A DNA stretch of 64,000 nucleotides, from positions 1-64,000 of the forward strand of contig CAVVYZ010000013.1 in the NCBI GenBank assembly GCA_963752595.1. Reading direction: 5' to 3'. Positions 47,334 through 57,539 of this stretch are shown piece after piece. Source of the stretch: an uncultured delta proteobacterium (GTDB lineage Bacteria > Desulfobacterota > Desulfomonilia > UBA1062). The notes under the pieces were generated by a model that saw nothing but the letters and a program-made list of their open reading frames with translations, made no database searches and was not told the origin of the DNA. Position 1 is the first letter of the stretch. Every line of letters starts with the position of its first letter. Made by a program: the position numbers and the translations under genes.

Positions 47334-48166
47334 TTATTCCTCGTGGATGACATTCTTGATGATATAGCTTCCGGATTTTTCATCCAGCTTGAGCTCGAGA
47401 AGACTGCGGTCGCGGGCTTCTTCCAGGAGGCGGCTGAAGGATCGGAAGCCGTAATAGGATTCATTGAACCCCGGTTTGCGGCGCTTCAGGGCCTGTTTCA
47501 CCATGGAACCCCAGATCTTGTCTTCCTCGCCGCGTTCAGTAAATAAGGCAACAACCGTCTCCACCACCAGGTCGAGGGCCTTCTGTTTCTTGTCCTCTTC
47601 AGCGGTCTCCTTGTGATCCGTCTTGACCGGCGTGCCTGTAATGCTCTTGGCGAGCGGTTTTTTGCCTTTGCGTTTCTTTGGTCTCGCTCTCCCGCACGAT
47701 GTCGTCATAGAAGATGAATTCATCACAGTTGGCCACCAGGAGGTCGGACGAGGAATTCTTCACTCCCACGCCGATCACGGTCTTGTTGTTTTCCCGGAGC
47801 TTGCTCACCAGAGGGGAAAAATCCGAATCGCCGCTGATGATCACGAAGGTATCGACATGGAGCTTTGTATAGCAGAGATCCAGGGCGTCAACGACCATGC
47901 GGATGTCGGCGGAGTTCTTTCCCGGACTGCCGGATATGGGGGATCTCGATGAGCTCGAAGGATGCTTCGTGCATCACCGGCTTGTAGTCCTTGTAACGCT
48001 CCCAGTCGCAGTAGGCCTTCTTCACGATGATGCTCCCCTTCAGCAGAAGCCTCTCCAGGACCTTTTTTATGTCGAACTGGGAATACTTGGCGTCCCTCAC
48101 GCCCAGGGCAACATTTTCGAAATCGCAGAACACCGCCATATTCTGGGTCTTATCCTGCACGGACAT
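47334..48166 (-). CDS. NYN (PIN-like) domain protein with a C-terminal OST-HTH/LOTUS domain (frameshifted)
   Basis: AVFCDFEN, KAYCDW, MVVDALDL, ISGDSDFSPL, CDEFIFYD; C-terminal WGSMVKQALKRRKPGFNESYYGFRSF. Confidence 0.88.
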
Positions 48167-48317
48167 TACGCTCTTCCCTTTCACATGCGTATTAGGAGCG
48201 CCGGCAATACCGGCCCGTCTCCCGTTTATGTGCCTGTCTCATACCATGTTGACCGGCAGAGTAATTCAACCTTCCTTTTCATACGCTGTCAAGCAGCGAA
48301 ATCATAAATGATTATTA

Positions 48318-48731
48318 TCAATGTTTCTTATTCCCTTTTTCTTTGAGCATGTCCGCGAGTTTGGCAAAGGGGCTGTGGTTCATGGAAATCGTCCCCTCGT
48401 CGCTGCGGTCGACATCTTCACCCTCGCCGAGGTCTCTCCCGTGCTCATGGTCATGGCAGTAAACGCACAGGTTTTCCCAGTTGCTCCCGTTAGGAGGGTT
48501 GTTGTCGTGATTGTGATCTTTATGATGGACGGTAAGCTGGTTGAGGTTCTTCAAGGTGAATTGCCGTCCGCAGCGGGCGCATACCCAGGGATGGATTTTC
48601 AACGACTGCTCGCGGTAGCCTTGCATGCGTTCGGAATTGAGCTGGCGTGCCTTTGCAACGAACTGATCCATCTCTTCCTTGCTTAATGTAGTGCTCTCGG
48701 GCTTCCCGTGTTTTGAACTGTCAAAGCCCAT
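48318..48731 (-). CDS. yajD: YajD-family HNH nuclease
   Basis: YREQSLKIHPWVCARCGR…LTVHHKDHNHDNNP..GSNWENLCVYCHDHEH…HSPFAKL. AGGAGG before ATG 48731. Confidence 0.9.
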   Translation of the reverse strand: MGFDSSKHGKPESTTLSKEEMDQFVAKARQLNSERMQGYREQSLKIHPWVCARCGRQFTLKNLNQLTVHHKDHNHDNNPPNGSNWENLCVYCHDHEHGRDLGEGEDVDRSDEGTISMNHSPFAKLADMLKEKGNKKH

Positions 48732-48983
48732 ACTATCCTCCTTGGAAACTTGGTACGGTGCAGGCTCATAACCAAATTGAACAACAGAGGCCTGCTTCTC
48801 TTGATCTATAAATACTTTTAGACGGTTTATCCAGAGCATTTTTTAAAAAATAATTCAATACCCGTACGGACGTGAGAGTTGAGAAACAGTGGTAGGATAT
48901 TACTTGATCTTATAAAGAATTCCCGAATTGTACATAGGTATTTTGCACAGCTGTCTTTGGATTTTCTATAAGGAAAGAACGGG

Positions 48984-49480
48984 ATGGGAAGGGCCCACAG
49001 GAGGTGTATCGACTTCAATCTTGCCTGGAAGTTGACAAGATATGCTGCAATCGTATCCCTGGCATTAAGCCTATGCTTCTGCGTAAATCTTAAAGGGGCC
49101 AAGACCAAGAAGGAAATTGCCCGCTCTTCCTTTTCGTCGAATTGCGGCAAATGCCATGATTCGGATGCTCAGGGCGACGGCCGGTTACACTCGAACTTCA
49201 TTCCGCCCCCTGCCAACCTGACCTTGGTCCGTGATGCGAGGGCCATGTTCCTGTCCATTGTCTCAAACGGCATACCAGGCACTGCCATGCCCCAGGTACC
49301 GATTGATGATTCCCGGGTGGAGGCAGTCATGCAATACGTTGCCGGCCGACCGCCGGAAACCTCCATCGAATGGGAAGTGCCCTGGGAATTGGAAAACAAG
49401 ACACCCGATACGGAAAACGGTTCAGCGCTCTTTATTACCGCCTGCGTCGGATGCCATGGGGCGGCAGGAGACGGCACGAT
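48984..49480 (+). CDS. c-type cytochrome with two CxxCH motifs; second domain truncated
   Basis: N-terminal hydrophobic segment; CGKCH…PPPANL…GIPGTAMP (complete domain); CVGCHGAAGDG, after which cytochrome-like sequence stops. Confidence 0.75.
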
Positions 49481-50494
49481 GATGCCGCCCTTGTGGCGCT
49501 GGACGCCGGAACGGGCAAGCCGGCCTGGAAGACGGGCGGAGGCCCTGCCTGGATGACCTGCACGTATGACGCCGAGACCAACACGATTTATGCCGGTACC
49601 GGCAACCCTGGTCCTGTCATAAACGGCGAAGGGCGGAAAGGGAATAATCTCTATACCGATTGCATCGTTGCCCTGAATGCCGACAGCGGCAAGCTCAAGT
49701 GGTATTACCAGACGATACCGCATGATGTATGTGGTCTGGACAATGTACTGGAGCCGGTTATCGATGATATCACGGTGGACGGCCGCATCCTCAAGGCAAT
49801 CATGTTCGCCTCGAAAAACGGCTACTTTTATGTCCTTGACCGGTTGAGCGGAAAATTCATCTATGCTGTTCCCTTCAGTCACTTCATCAACTGGGGTACA
49901 GTCGGGCTGGACGGCAGGGTCATCGTGGATGGAAGCAAGTATCCGGTGGCTGATAAATGGATCGAGGTGTTCCCGGGGACTGCAGGAGGGAAGGAGTGGG
50001 TTCCGGCCGCCTATGATCCGCGGATGAAGCACATGTTCATCCCTTGTATAGAAAACGGCCACCGGCATAAGCTCATCGAACAGGGATTCAAGCCGGGTCT
50101 TCGCTATTGGGGCGGTGTCTCTCGACCCATCCCCAATGCAGCATATGGGCATGTGACAGCCATTGATATTGAAAAGAAACAGATCGCCTGGGATATCCAG
50201 ACTATGTTTCCCATGGTGTGCGGCATAACCTGTACTGCTTCCGGCCTGGTGATCACGGGTACCCCGGATCAGAAGATGATTATCCTGGATGCGGATTCCG
50301 GCAGGGAGCTCTGGAGTTTCAAGGCTCAGTCAGGCTGGCACAGCGCCCCTGTAGTGTACTCGGTTGCCGGCAAGGAATATATCGCCTTTGCCAATGGGTG
50401 GGGCGGCTGGGTAGCAGGGTTCGATCTGATGGGGACTCCCGGTCTCCAAGGGTTGCCGAGGGATAATATCCTGTATGTATTCAGCCTGCCCTAG
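49481..50494 (+). pseudogene. PQQ-dependent alcohol-dehydrogenase-like beta-propeller, lacking the N-terminus and an internal block
   Basis: ALVALDAGTGK, TGGGPAW..TYD, GTGNPGP, NLYTDCIVALNADSGKLKWYYQ..PHD, KNGYFYVLDR, GGKEW, APVVYSVAGKEYI. No signal peptide or N-terminal blades. Confidence 0.75.
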
Positions 50495-50613
50495 CAGCAG
50501 GAGAATAGCCGCAAGATAAGTGTTTACCGGCAGATCCTGCCTGCCATTGCCATATCTGTTGCAGCCATTATCATAAATTGTACGGACGGTCATCCACTTC
50601 ATTCATGAGGTAT

Positions 50614-50629
50614 TATACATGCATGTATA
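50614..50629. promoter_or_regulatory. Perfect 16-bp palindrome, candidate operator
   Basis: TATACATGCATGTATA, ending 33 bp before the ATG at 50663. Confidence 0.35.
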
Positions 50630-50662
50630 CGTGCCGATATCAAAGAGAAAGGAGAGGGGGTA

Positions 50663-50830
50663 ATGCTGAGCCGGACATACTTTTTTCTCATCTTTGCAGT
50701 TTTAGCAGGTATCCTCGGGTTCGGTGAGTTCCTTGGAGAGGCCTCCTCTGGAGCCAAGATTATCTTCATTCTCTTATTAGCGTTTTCTACCATATCCTAT
50801 CTCCTTGGGAAAAGGCCGCCGATTACATGA
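50663..50830 (+). CDS. DUF1328 (UPF0391/YtjA-like) small membrane protein, 55 aa; missing from the ORF track
   Basis: Hand translation MLSRTYFFLIFAVLAGILGFGEFLGEASSGAKIIFILLLAFSTISYLLGKRPPIT; AGGAGAGGGGG upstream. Confidence 0.8.
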   Translation: MLSRTYFFLIFAVLAGILGFGEFLGEASSGAKIIFILLLAFSTISYLLGKRPPIT

Positions 50831-51121
50831 CCATTTTTTTGTGTCGTCCTGATTAGTAACAACGGGGAAGAATTGCTTCCCCGATCTTTGTTGCTGCTTG
50901 ACTTTCCCTGCCGCGAGTGATCCTATCGCCTTCATTCATTGTTATTCTCAAGGATATTCCATAAATCCATATAGGGCTTCATGGGCAGGCAGGATTGCAG
51001 CATGATTCATCTTTTTGTCAAGAGATCTTCTTTATTGGTCCTTTTTTGATGCTGTTGTTGCCTTGGGAGGAGCGCATCCCTAAATATACAGTGAATGGAG
51101 AATGAGACGCAGGTGATAAAA

Positions 51122-51999
51122 ATGAAGAAGAAATATCTCGCTATCGTGATTGCGGTTGTTGCAGTGCTGTTTACAGGTCAGGTGAAACTCGATGCATCAG
51201 CAGGCCCGGTGATCAAAGATGATGTGCACAGAATACAGGTCGATCCCAAGTTTCAGCCCCGGCTCGGGACCTACTATTATACGATCGAGCTGAATGGAAT
51301 AAATATCGGCGGGGCTTCCATTACCATCGGCCGTGATGAAGATCTGTACAAGATGCAATTTGATGCCAGGACGAACAAGACGATCGATCGTGTCTATAAG
51401 GTGCGCTACAGCGGACAGAGCATTATGGATCCAGATCCCCTGTCCCCGGTAGAGACAAAGATATGGCAGAGGGTAAGGTCGACGAATAAGGACACCTCAA
51501 TATACTTCCAGGATAACGGAACAATCAAGGCAACCGAAGAAGAATCAAAGGGCGGCAAACCGGTTGACAATGACGTACGGGAGGTCAGGGCCGAGAGTCT
51601 TACCCTCGATCCGTTCTCGGCTACCTACTTGATACGGAGCTTTGACTGGGGCGTAGGCATCGAGCACACGCTCAATATTTTCAATGGAAAACATATCTAT
51701 GAATGGAAGCTCACATGCGAAGATACTGCGGTTATCGATATCGAAGGCAAGAAACGCACGGTATGGGTAATCAGTCAGGAGTATAAAAAGCTGGATGACA
51801 AGGAACAGAAAGAACTGCCCAGGGTACAATCCGGGCAAAGCTTTATGTTTCCGCAGATGAATTCAAAGACGTACTCAAGATTGAGGTGAGCCGGAGCATG
51901 GGTCACTTCCTCGCTTCACTGGATAGATTCGAGCCTGCGCAAAACCAGGGTAATACTAAGGGCGGGGCAGGAGAAACGAGAATCGCAACTAACCGGTAA
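51122..51999 (+). CDS. DUF3108-like secreted protein (frameshift near 51830)
   Basis: Signal peptide; IDRVYKVRY, TLDPFSATYLIRS. The other frame continues KLYVSADEFKDVLKIEV…GHFLASL to TAA 51997-51999. Confidence 0.7.
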
Positions 52000-52268
52000 G
52001 ACGGATATGGGTTGTCATGACCGCTTGCCCTTGGCCCTGGGTAATGGTATATGGCAGTGACTCTTGGAAGCCGGGTAATGACTCAATGATCATGGTTGGC
52101 ATGGCGAGGGCGCGCCGATTTTGTTACCTCTGAATCTCCTCTCGATATCCGAGAGGCAACATTCAATGGCTGATCGGGAAACCATTCCGGCAGTTCGCCA
52201 GAGGGAAGAGCAAAAAGGCAAGAGTGTGTATTATAAGGTACGGGGGATAAGCTGCCTCTGGGAGTACT

Positions 52269-52934
52269 ATGAACAGGACCAGGTTATATCTTGCAATAGC
52301 AGTGATAGTAGCGGCATTGATCGGGTTGATATCGCTCCAAACTTCTTCTTTTGCATATGAAATATCCTGGAGTATCTTTAATAAGGATTCCGAGTACTTT
52401 AAAGAAATCCAGAGCAATCCGAGGCGGCTCATTGAAGAATACTGCGAGTCCGAATTCAACGGGGTTCAGGACTTAAGGATCAAGGTGGCGAAGTTCACCC
52501 CGAAACGAACCCCCGGCGATAAGGATGCATCTGTAGAGAATGCGGAAAGCATACGGAAGGTGATCAATTTTTATAGCGATCCTCTCATCGTGGTTGATTC
52601 TTATCAGATACGCAAGGCGAATGTCTTGGATAACCGGGCAGAGGCAACGGTGGTCTATAAGCGGCTGGCCCATTCTGCAGGGATCGACGGCAGGAAATAT
52701 GCGATTGATAAAAGCAGCCAGGATGCCATCACCCTGACATTGGAGTATGACGGGTCACGCTGGTGGATCATGAACCCTCCTTTGCCGCGAGTTTCAAAAT
52801 GGGCTCTCATCGAATTTTCCGAACGGATGATATCGAGCATGGATGACCTCATCAAGACAGGCAGGGTATCAGAGGGACAGAAAAAGTATTACATAAATAA
52901 CAAAAATATCGTGATCTTTCTCAGGAGCCTGTAA
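52269..52934 (+). CDS. Hypothetical secreted/membrane-anchored protein
   Basis: GGGAG RBS, N-terminal hydrophobic helix, 221 aa; no family recognised. Confidence 0.65.
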   Translation: MNRTRLYLAIAVIVAALIGLISLQTSSFAYEISWSIFNKDSEYFKEIQSNPRRLIEEYCESEFNGVQDLRIKVAKFTPKRTPGDKDASVENAESIRKVINFYSDPLIVVDSYQIRKANVLDNRAEATVVYKRLAHSAGIDGRKYAIDKSSQDAITLTLEYDGSRWWIMNPPLPRVSKWALIEFSERMISSMDDLIKTGRVSEGQKKYYINNKNIVIFLRSL

Positions 52935-52974
52935 TGGGAGAGCTCCCTCTGCGATACCCTCATATCAAGTGAAG

Positions 52975-52995
52975 GCCGGGGAATAAAGCCCCGGC
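52975..52995. terminator. Possible hairpin between convergent genes
   Basis: GCCGGGG-AATAAAG-CCCCGGC, without a U-tract. Confidence 0.35.
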
Positions 52996-53004
52996 ATCTG
53001 GTAT

Positions 53005-54018
53005 CTAGTCGACAGATTTGGAAATCTGAAGGATCTCCATGGGGAGCTGGATACCCAAGTCTTTCAGTGTTTTCGTATCAACCATGATCGTGAGATCCTG
53101 TTGTCTCAGAATCGGCATTGTATCAGGTTTTGCCCCGGTTTTCAGGATCTTCACAACCTGCTGGACAGGCAGCGAGCCCATGGTCGTGAACTCCGAGCCC
53201 ACATACAGAGCCCCGCCGTGCAGTTTCTGATGGATAAAGCTTACAATAGGGATCTTTGCCGGCTTCGTTACTTCGACCAGATCAGTGGTGGGCTCGTTGT
53301 TTCTCATGCCGTAATAGGTGTCAAGCGGTACGATGAACACTTGTGCACCTTTACCGATCAATTCCTTGACAGCAGGTTTGATTGAGTCACTCTTGCCGAT
53401 CTGTTTGGTAACAATCGTAAAACCTAAGGCCGGTCCTTCCTTTTTGGTCATTTCGGCGTGGGCTATGGCATTATCATCATCGGAATGGACGATCCCGATG
53501 GTCTTCACCTTGGGGAATGCGAGTTTCACGATCCTTAAGGCATCCTTTACATTCATATACAAGGTGGTGCCGGTAAAGCCGGGCCCTGCTTCCGTCAGGG
53601 ACTTGCATCCGGCAGCCTGCGGAACGGCAACACCGGTAAATACCAGAGGAATGCCTGCGGAGATGATTGCATCCTTTCCATACTTCGTTGCCGGGGTGCC
53701 GATGGTCAGGACAAGATCCGGCTTGGTTCCGGCAATCCTGGATGCTTCGCTCTTGATACGCATGAGCAACCCGATTTTTTTCCAGAGGCCGGCTTTCTCC
53801 ACATCGAAATCTATGATGGTGCGGTTTATGGTCAGGTTCTTGCCCTTAACCAAGCCGTTTTTTTCCAGATCTTTTACGAAGGTATCGTAGATCGTCTGGA
53901 ACGGGGCTACAGCCGCAACCTGAAAGACTTCAATTTTATATTTCTCCTCTGCAAAGCCCGGTATGGCAATCAATAGGAACGCAACTATATACATAGTAAT
54001 CCGTATTACTCGCTTCAT
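53005..54018 (-). CDS. ABC-transporter substrate-binding protein (ABC_sub_bind/PF04392-like), orphan
   Basis: Signal peptide; PDLVLTIGTPAT, IPLVFTGV, KTIGIVH, ILKTGAKPDTMPI, LGIQLP. Confidence 0.85.
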   Translation of the reverse strand: MKRVIRITMYIVAFLLIAIPGFAEEKYKIEVFQVAAVAPFQTIYDTFVKDLEKNGLVKGKNLTINRTIIDFDVEKAGLWKKIGLLMRIKSEASRIAGTKPDLVLTIGTPATKYGKDAIISAGIPLVFTGVAVPQAAGCKSLTEAGPGFTGTTLYMNVKDALRIVKLAFPKVKTIGIVHSDDDNAIAHAEMTKKEGPALGFTIVTKQIGKSDSIKPAVKELIGKGAQVFIVPLDTYYGMRNNEPTTDLVEVTKPAKIPIVSFIHQKLHGGALYVGSEFTTMGSLPVQQVVKILKTGAKPDTMPILRQQDLTIMVDTKTLKDLGIQLPMEILQISKSVD

Positions 54019-54097
54019 CTCGACTCTCCTTGATATTGGATGGTATATTTTAATATCGGGATGCCATACGATTTTCTGAAGGTAAAAAAACAGCTTG

Positions 54098-54883
54098 TTA
54101 CAAATGCTTGGAGATGTCGGCGTTTCCGGGCTTCACTGTCAGCCGGTACTCCGATGGGGTCATTCCGGTCATCCTTTTGAATATCCTGTTAAAGCTCGCC
54201 TTGGAATTGAAACCGGATGAGAACGCAATATCGAGGATCGAACCCTCAGGGGCGTCCATCAACAGTTCTTTTGCCTCACGGACACGGTACGAGCCGATCA
54301 GGTCGGTATAGGTGGTATGAAGATGGATGTTCAGGAACCGCGAGAGCTGGTACGGCTCTATATCAAGCTCATGGGCGAATGCGGCTATCGTCAACTCTTC
54401 ATTGAGATAAACCCGCTCGTGTTCAAGTTTCCAGTAAATTTCCCGCTTGAGCTCCTCGGGGTTTATGGAGAGATGCATCTGCCGGTCCGGCTTTTTTAAG
54501 GGCCGGTCAGGCACTTGGCCGGGATTCATGCGCAGATGATGCAGCCGCAAAAGGTGGTTGGACTTTCTGATGATATCGGTGGCACGTCTCGACATCACGA
54601 CCTCTTCGTACAGATACATCTGCTCATCTTCCTTCTCAGGAACACTTTGATCAAAAAAAGTCTCGGATCGGTCCGGAGGAGGCATTTCTTCCTGCTTCAG
54701 GAGAACAAGACCGGGACCGGGTGGATTACCGGCCCGGTAGCTGCTGCCGGCAACAGGCCCGGCGCTCAAATGAATCCGGGACTCTTGGGCATTTCTTCGG
54801 GATATACAGTACATCGCCAGCGCAGAGATCAGGATGAATAATATTGCAATCCCGGCAATGGTAACAAGAAGACCATATCCCAT
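54098..54883 (-). CDS. AraC-family regulator with an N-terminal membrane anchor
   Basis: TM helix; YLNEELTI…QLSRFLN…YRVREAKELL…ILDIAFSSGFNSKASFNRIFKRMTGMTPSEYR. Confidence 0.88.
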   Translation of the reverse strand: MGYGLLVTIAGIAILFILISALAMYCISRRNAQESRIHLSAGPVAGSSYRAGNPPGPGLVLLKQEEMPPPDRSETFFDQSVPEKEDEQMYLYEEVVMSRRATDIIRKSNHLLRLHHLRMNPGQVPDRPLKKPDRQMHLSINPEELKREIYWKLEHERVYLNEELTIAAFAHELDIEPYQLSRFLNIHLHTTYTDLIGSYRVREAKELLMDAPEGSILDIAFSSGFNSKASFNRIFKRMTGMTPSEYRLTVKPGNADISKHL

Positions 54884-54995
54884 AGCTTTTTCTCATATTT
54901 TTTCTATAATAATAAATGCCTTTCCATTAAAGTACAAGATGTACGGCAAGGCAGATGCGACAGTATGTAATATTTCAAAAAGGCATTTCGCACGT

Positions 54996-56201
54996 TCAGC
55001 GATTGGTATCCATTACTTCTATGAACCCCTCCAGCCTCGTCTTGACCTGTTCGGGCAGGTATGCCCTGGGATCGGAGATATCCATATTGAGTGTAAGGAA
55101 AGGAATTCCGAGCCTGGAAAAGGTTTTCTTGAGCACCATATGGGCGCTTTTCGAATGACGGCATGCAGGAGTGGCAAACAGGATTGCACCATCAATCCCA
55201 TAGTTACCTACTGACTCCTCAATGCCCTCCAACCTCCTGGCTGTGGTGCCCAGGAAAGGATTCTTTAGGCATTTGAGGGCCAGGCCTTCAAATGGATTGT
55301 CTTCATCTATTTCATCCCAATAAATCCTGCCGGTCTCGCAAAATGCAACATTTACACAATGATTCTTTAACGTCTCGAACAGATTGGATTGGTACACCGG
55401 CAGCCATGCAAACCAGTAAATCCGGTGTTTTTCAGGTCTGCTGCTCCCTGAGGAGATCCTGCCTTTGAGCTCTTCAAGAAGCTGGCCTTCCAGCATTTCC
55501 TTGGTGTTTCTCCCCCAGAACAGCTGGCCATTGATGGAGTACCCGATGTTGTCCTGAGCACTGAACGGAACCGGACGTGTTTTTAACACCTCATGAATCT
55601 CAAGCTGGAGTCTGCGCGACCGGTTGGAGCTTCGCACCGCCTCCTTGAGCCTGTCCTCATCAAGCCCCTGCCCGGCGATCCTGCTTATTATGCCGGCGGC
55701 ATGCTTAAGCTGTTGTTCAACATAGCGTACGGATTCCTTTGTGACAACCTGGGGTACATACAGGTAGAAGGATTCCCTGCCTGTAAGACAGGACAGTATA
55801 TCATTCGTCTTGCCTTTGCCGTCACAGTAAAAGGAGGTCGTAATCAGCAGGTCCGGATCGGGCAGGTAGGATTTGAAATATCCGCCCAGACTTGCCCTGT
55901 GGAACGAGCAGATGTCCTGGGAGTATCCCTGCGCTTCAGCCTCCTCCATCAGGGATATGCCCATGTTTGCTGCCGACATCAACGCACCTGCTATTTCGAA
56001 GTCGAAAGGGATTACATCAAAAGCGGCGAGGATCTCCATGGGGAACGCATAAATGGATGTGTATACTACGCTGCGGTCCGGTTCGTATGCCTTGAGGAAG
56101 AGGTCGGCCCATTCTCTATACCACAAGGCTCGAAAGCTCTTCCGATCCTTCAGCCCTGCCTCTGTCATCTGCTTCATGCTTTCCAACATCATTTTGAGCA
56201 T
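54996..56201 (-). CDS. 2-hydroxyacyl-CoA dehydratase subunit (HGD-D family, alpha-like)
   Basis: PMEILAAFD, GYSQDICSFHR, FYCDGK, PACRH, EQVKTRLEGFIE. Confidence 0.9.
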   Translation of the reverse strand: MLKMMLESMKQMTEAGLKDRKSFRALWYREWADLFLKAYEPDRSVVYTSIYAFPMEILAAFDVIPFDFEIAGALMSAANMGISLMEEAEAQGYSQDICSFHRASLGGYFKSYLPDPDLLITTSFYCDGKGKTNDILSCLTGRESFYLYVPQVVTKESVRYVEQQLKHAAGIISRIAGQGLDEDRLKEAVRSSNRSRRLQLEIHEVLKTRPVPFSAQDNIGYSINGQLFWGRNTKEMLEGQLLEELKGRISSGSSRPEKHRIYWFAWLPVYQSNLFETLKNHCVNVAFCETGRIYWDEIDEDNPFEGLALKCLKNPFLGTTARRLEGIEESVGNYGIDGAILFATPACRHSKSAHMVLKKTFSRLGIPFLTLNMDISDPRAYLPEQVKTRLEGFIEVMDTNR

Positions 56202-56211
56202 GGGAACCTCC

Positions 56212-57264
56212 TTATGAAGGAATCATCTCGAGGAATGCCTCGACTTTGGTCCTTGCCTTTTCCGGATCAGACCACTCATAATCATTCTCCAGTACCAGTA
56301 CCGGGATGCCGAGTGCCTTGATGCCCTCCTGGAGCAAGGGGAGATTGTATAATATCTGATCGCAATACTTTACGGGGGTGATGATAACACCATCAGCCCT
56401 GGTATCTTTCACCAGGCTCGTCAGGTATTCCACCTGATGCGTGATTCCTTCCATCCGGGGGCAGGGAGGCCGAGTGAGGTAGCGTTCTGCAATGGCTGTA
56501 AACGGGTCGATGGTCCTTTCCAATACCTGTGTTTCATAATGCTTCACGCCGAAACACGTGTCAAAGGCCACGATTTTCGCTTTCCTTCCTTCGATCATCT
56601 CGATGATCTCCTGCTTGCTCAGGATAGTGCCGGAAATAATGATCCTGCGTATTCCATCGGGAGGAAGTTCTCCTGTCGGCCCGGCAAGATCCTGACCCAG
56701 CATGACTTCATGTTCTTTGATCGAGGAAAAAGATTTCTCCAGGAGCATGGGGAATACATCCGATCCCCTGACAGCTGAATCACGGCCGGCTAAAGTTTTC
56801 CATACGCTCCTCGCTGCTGATCGGATCGTATTGCATTCCTGAATTGCCTTGTTCAGCTTATCCACTGTAACAGGTAAGCCATTGAAATTTTCTTCGAGTG
56901 TAGTCGCAAGCCTTCTCAACTCCGAGGCAAAATACCGGATAGAATCGGCATCCTTCTTTTTGGGGATATCCAGAAATATTGCAACGGGATGGTCCACGGC
57001 ATCAACCCAGATATCGAAAAGTTTCCTCATCCCATCGCATGCATTCACGAAGATTATGCTTTGGGTTTCGGAATATGCCCCGCTTCGGAGGGCTGTCAGC
57101 ATACTCCTCAGGTAACAGCATGTATTCGGATGCATCAGGGAGTCTGCCTCAGTACACCGGCCTGCGGGGACCAGTCTCAAGGGAGAGAATCCCGCTGCCA
57201 TGATGATCTCGACAGGTACATAGGAACAGGCATAACCAATCTCATTCATTCCGGTCTTTCTCAT
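56212..57264 (-). CDS. 2-hydroxyacyl-CoA dehydratase subunit (HGD-D family, beta-like)
   Basis: GYACSYVPVEIIMAAG, NTCCYLR, NACDGMRK, PCPRM, KYCD, RTKVEAFLE. Confidence 0.9.
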   Translation of the reverse strand: MRKTGMNEIGYACSYVPVEIIMAAGFSPLRLVPAGRCTEADSLMHPNTCCYLRSMLTALRSGAYSETQSIIFVNACDGMRKLFDIWVDAVDHPVAIFLDIPKKKDADSIRYFASELRRLATTLEENFNGLPVTVDKLNKAIQECNTIRSAARSVWKTLAGRDSAVRGSDVFPMLLEKSFSSIKEHEVMLGQDLAGPTGELPPDGIRRIIISGTILSKQEIIEMIEGRKAKIVAFDTCFGVKHYETQVLERTIDPFTAIAERYLTRPPCPRMEGITHQVEYLTSLVKDTRADGVIITPVKYCDQILYNLPLLQEGIKALGIPVLVLENDYEWSDPEKARTKVEAFLEMIPS

Positions 57265-57448
57265 ATCCGACTCCTATTTCACGATATGATGAAGAATAGG
57301 ATAAAAGAACTTCTCTGTCGCCTCAAGTTAGCATTATGAGACCGAATGGATCATTGTGCATATCAAACTGAAGTGCCGGGTTTTTAGTCCCGAGTGCTCG
57401 TCTCTTCTTAACTGCTCTTCCTGTCTTGTTATTCCATAAGGATATTTC

Positions 57449-57491
57449 TTGACAGGGACATATGATCCCTTATAATTAACCATATGGTTAA
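57449..57491 (+). promoter_or_regulatory. Sigma70 promoter with a palindromic TetR-type operator
   Basis: TTGACA (57449-57454), 16 nt, TATAAT (57471-57476); perfect palindrome TTAACCATATGGTTAA at 57476-57491. Confidence 0.75.
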
Positions 57492-57539
57492 AATAAATGG
57501 TTGGTTTAAAAAGGCTTGGTTCTTTCCGGAGGGATTAAA

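Noticed and set aside
48300-48322. Fur-box-like AT-rich dyad (AATCATAAATGATTATTATCAAT) between yajD and the NYN gene
   Set aside because: It overlaps the yajD stop codon, is a weak match in AT-rich sequence, and the downstream gene has no iron link.
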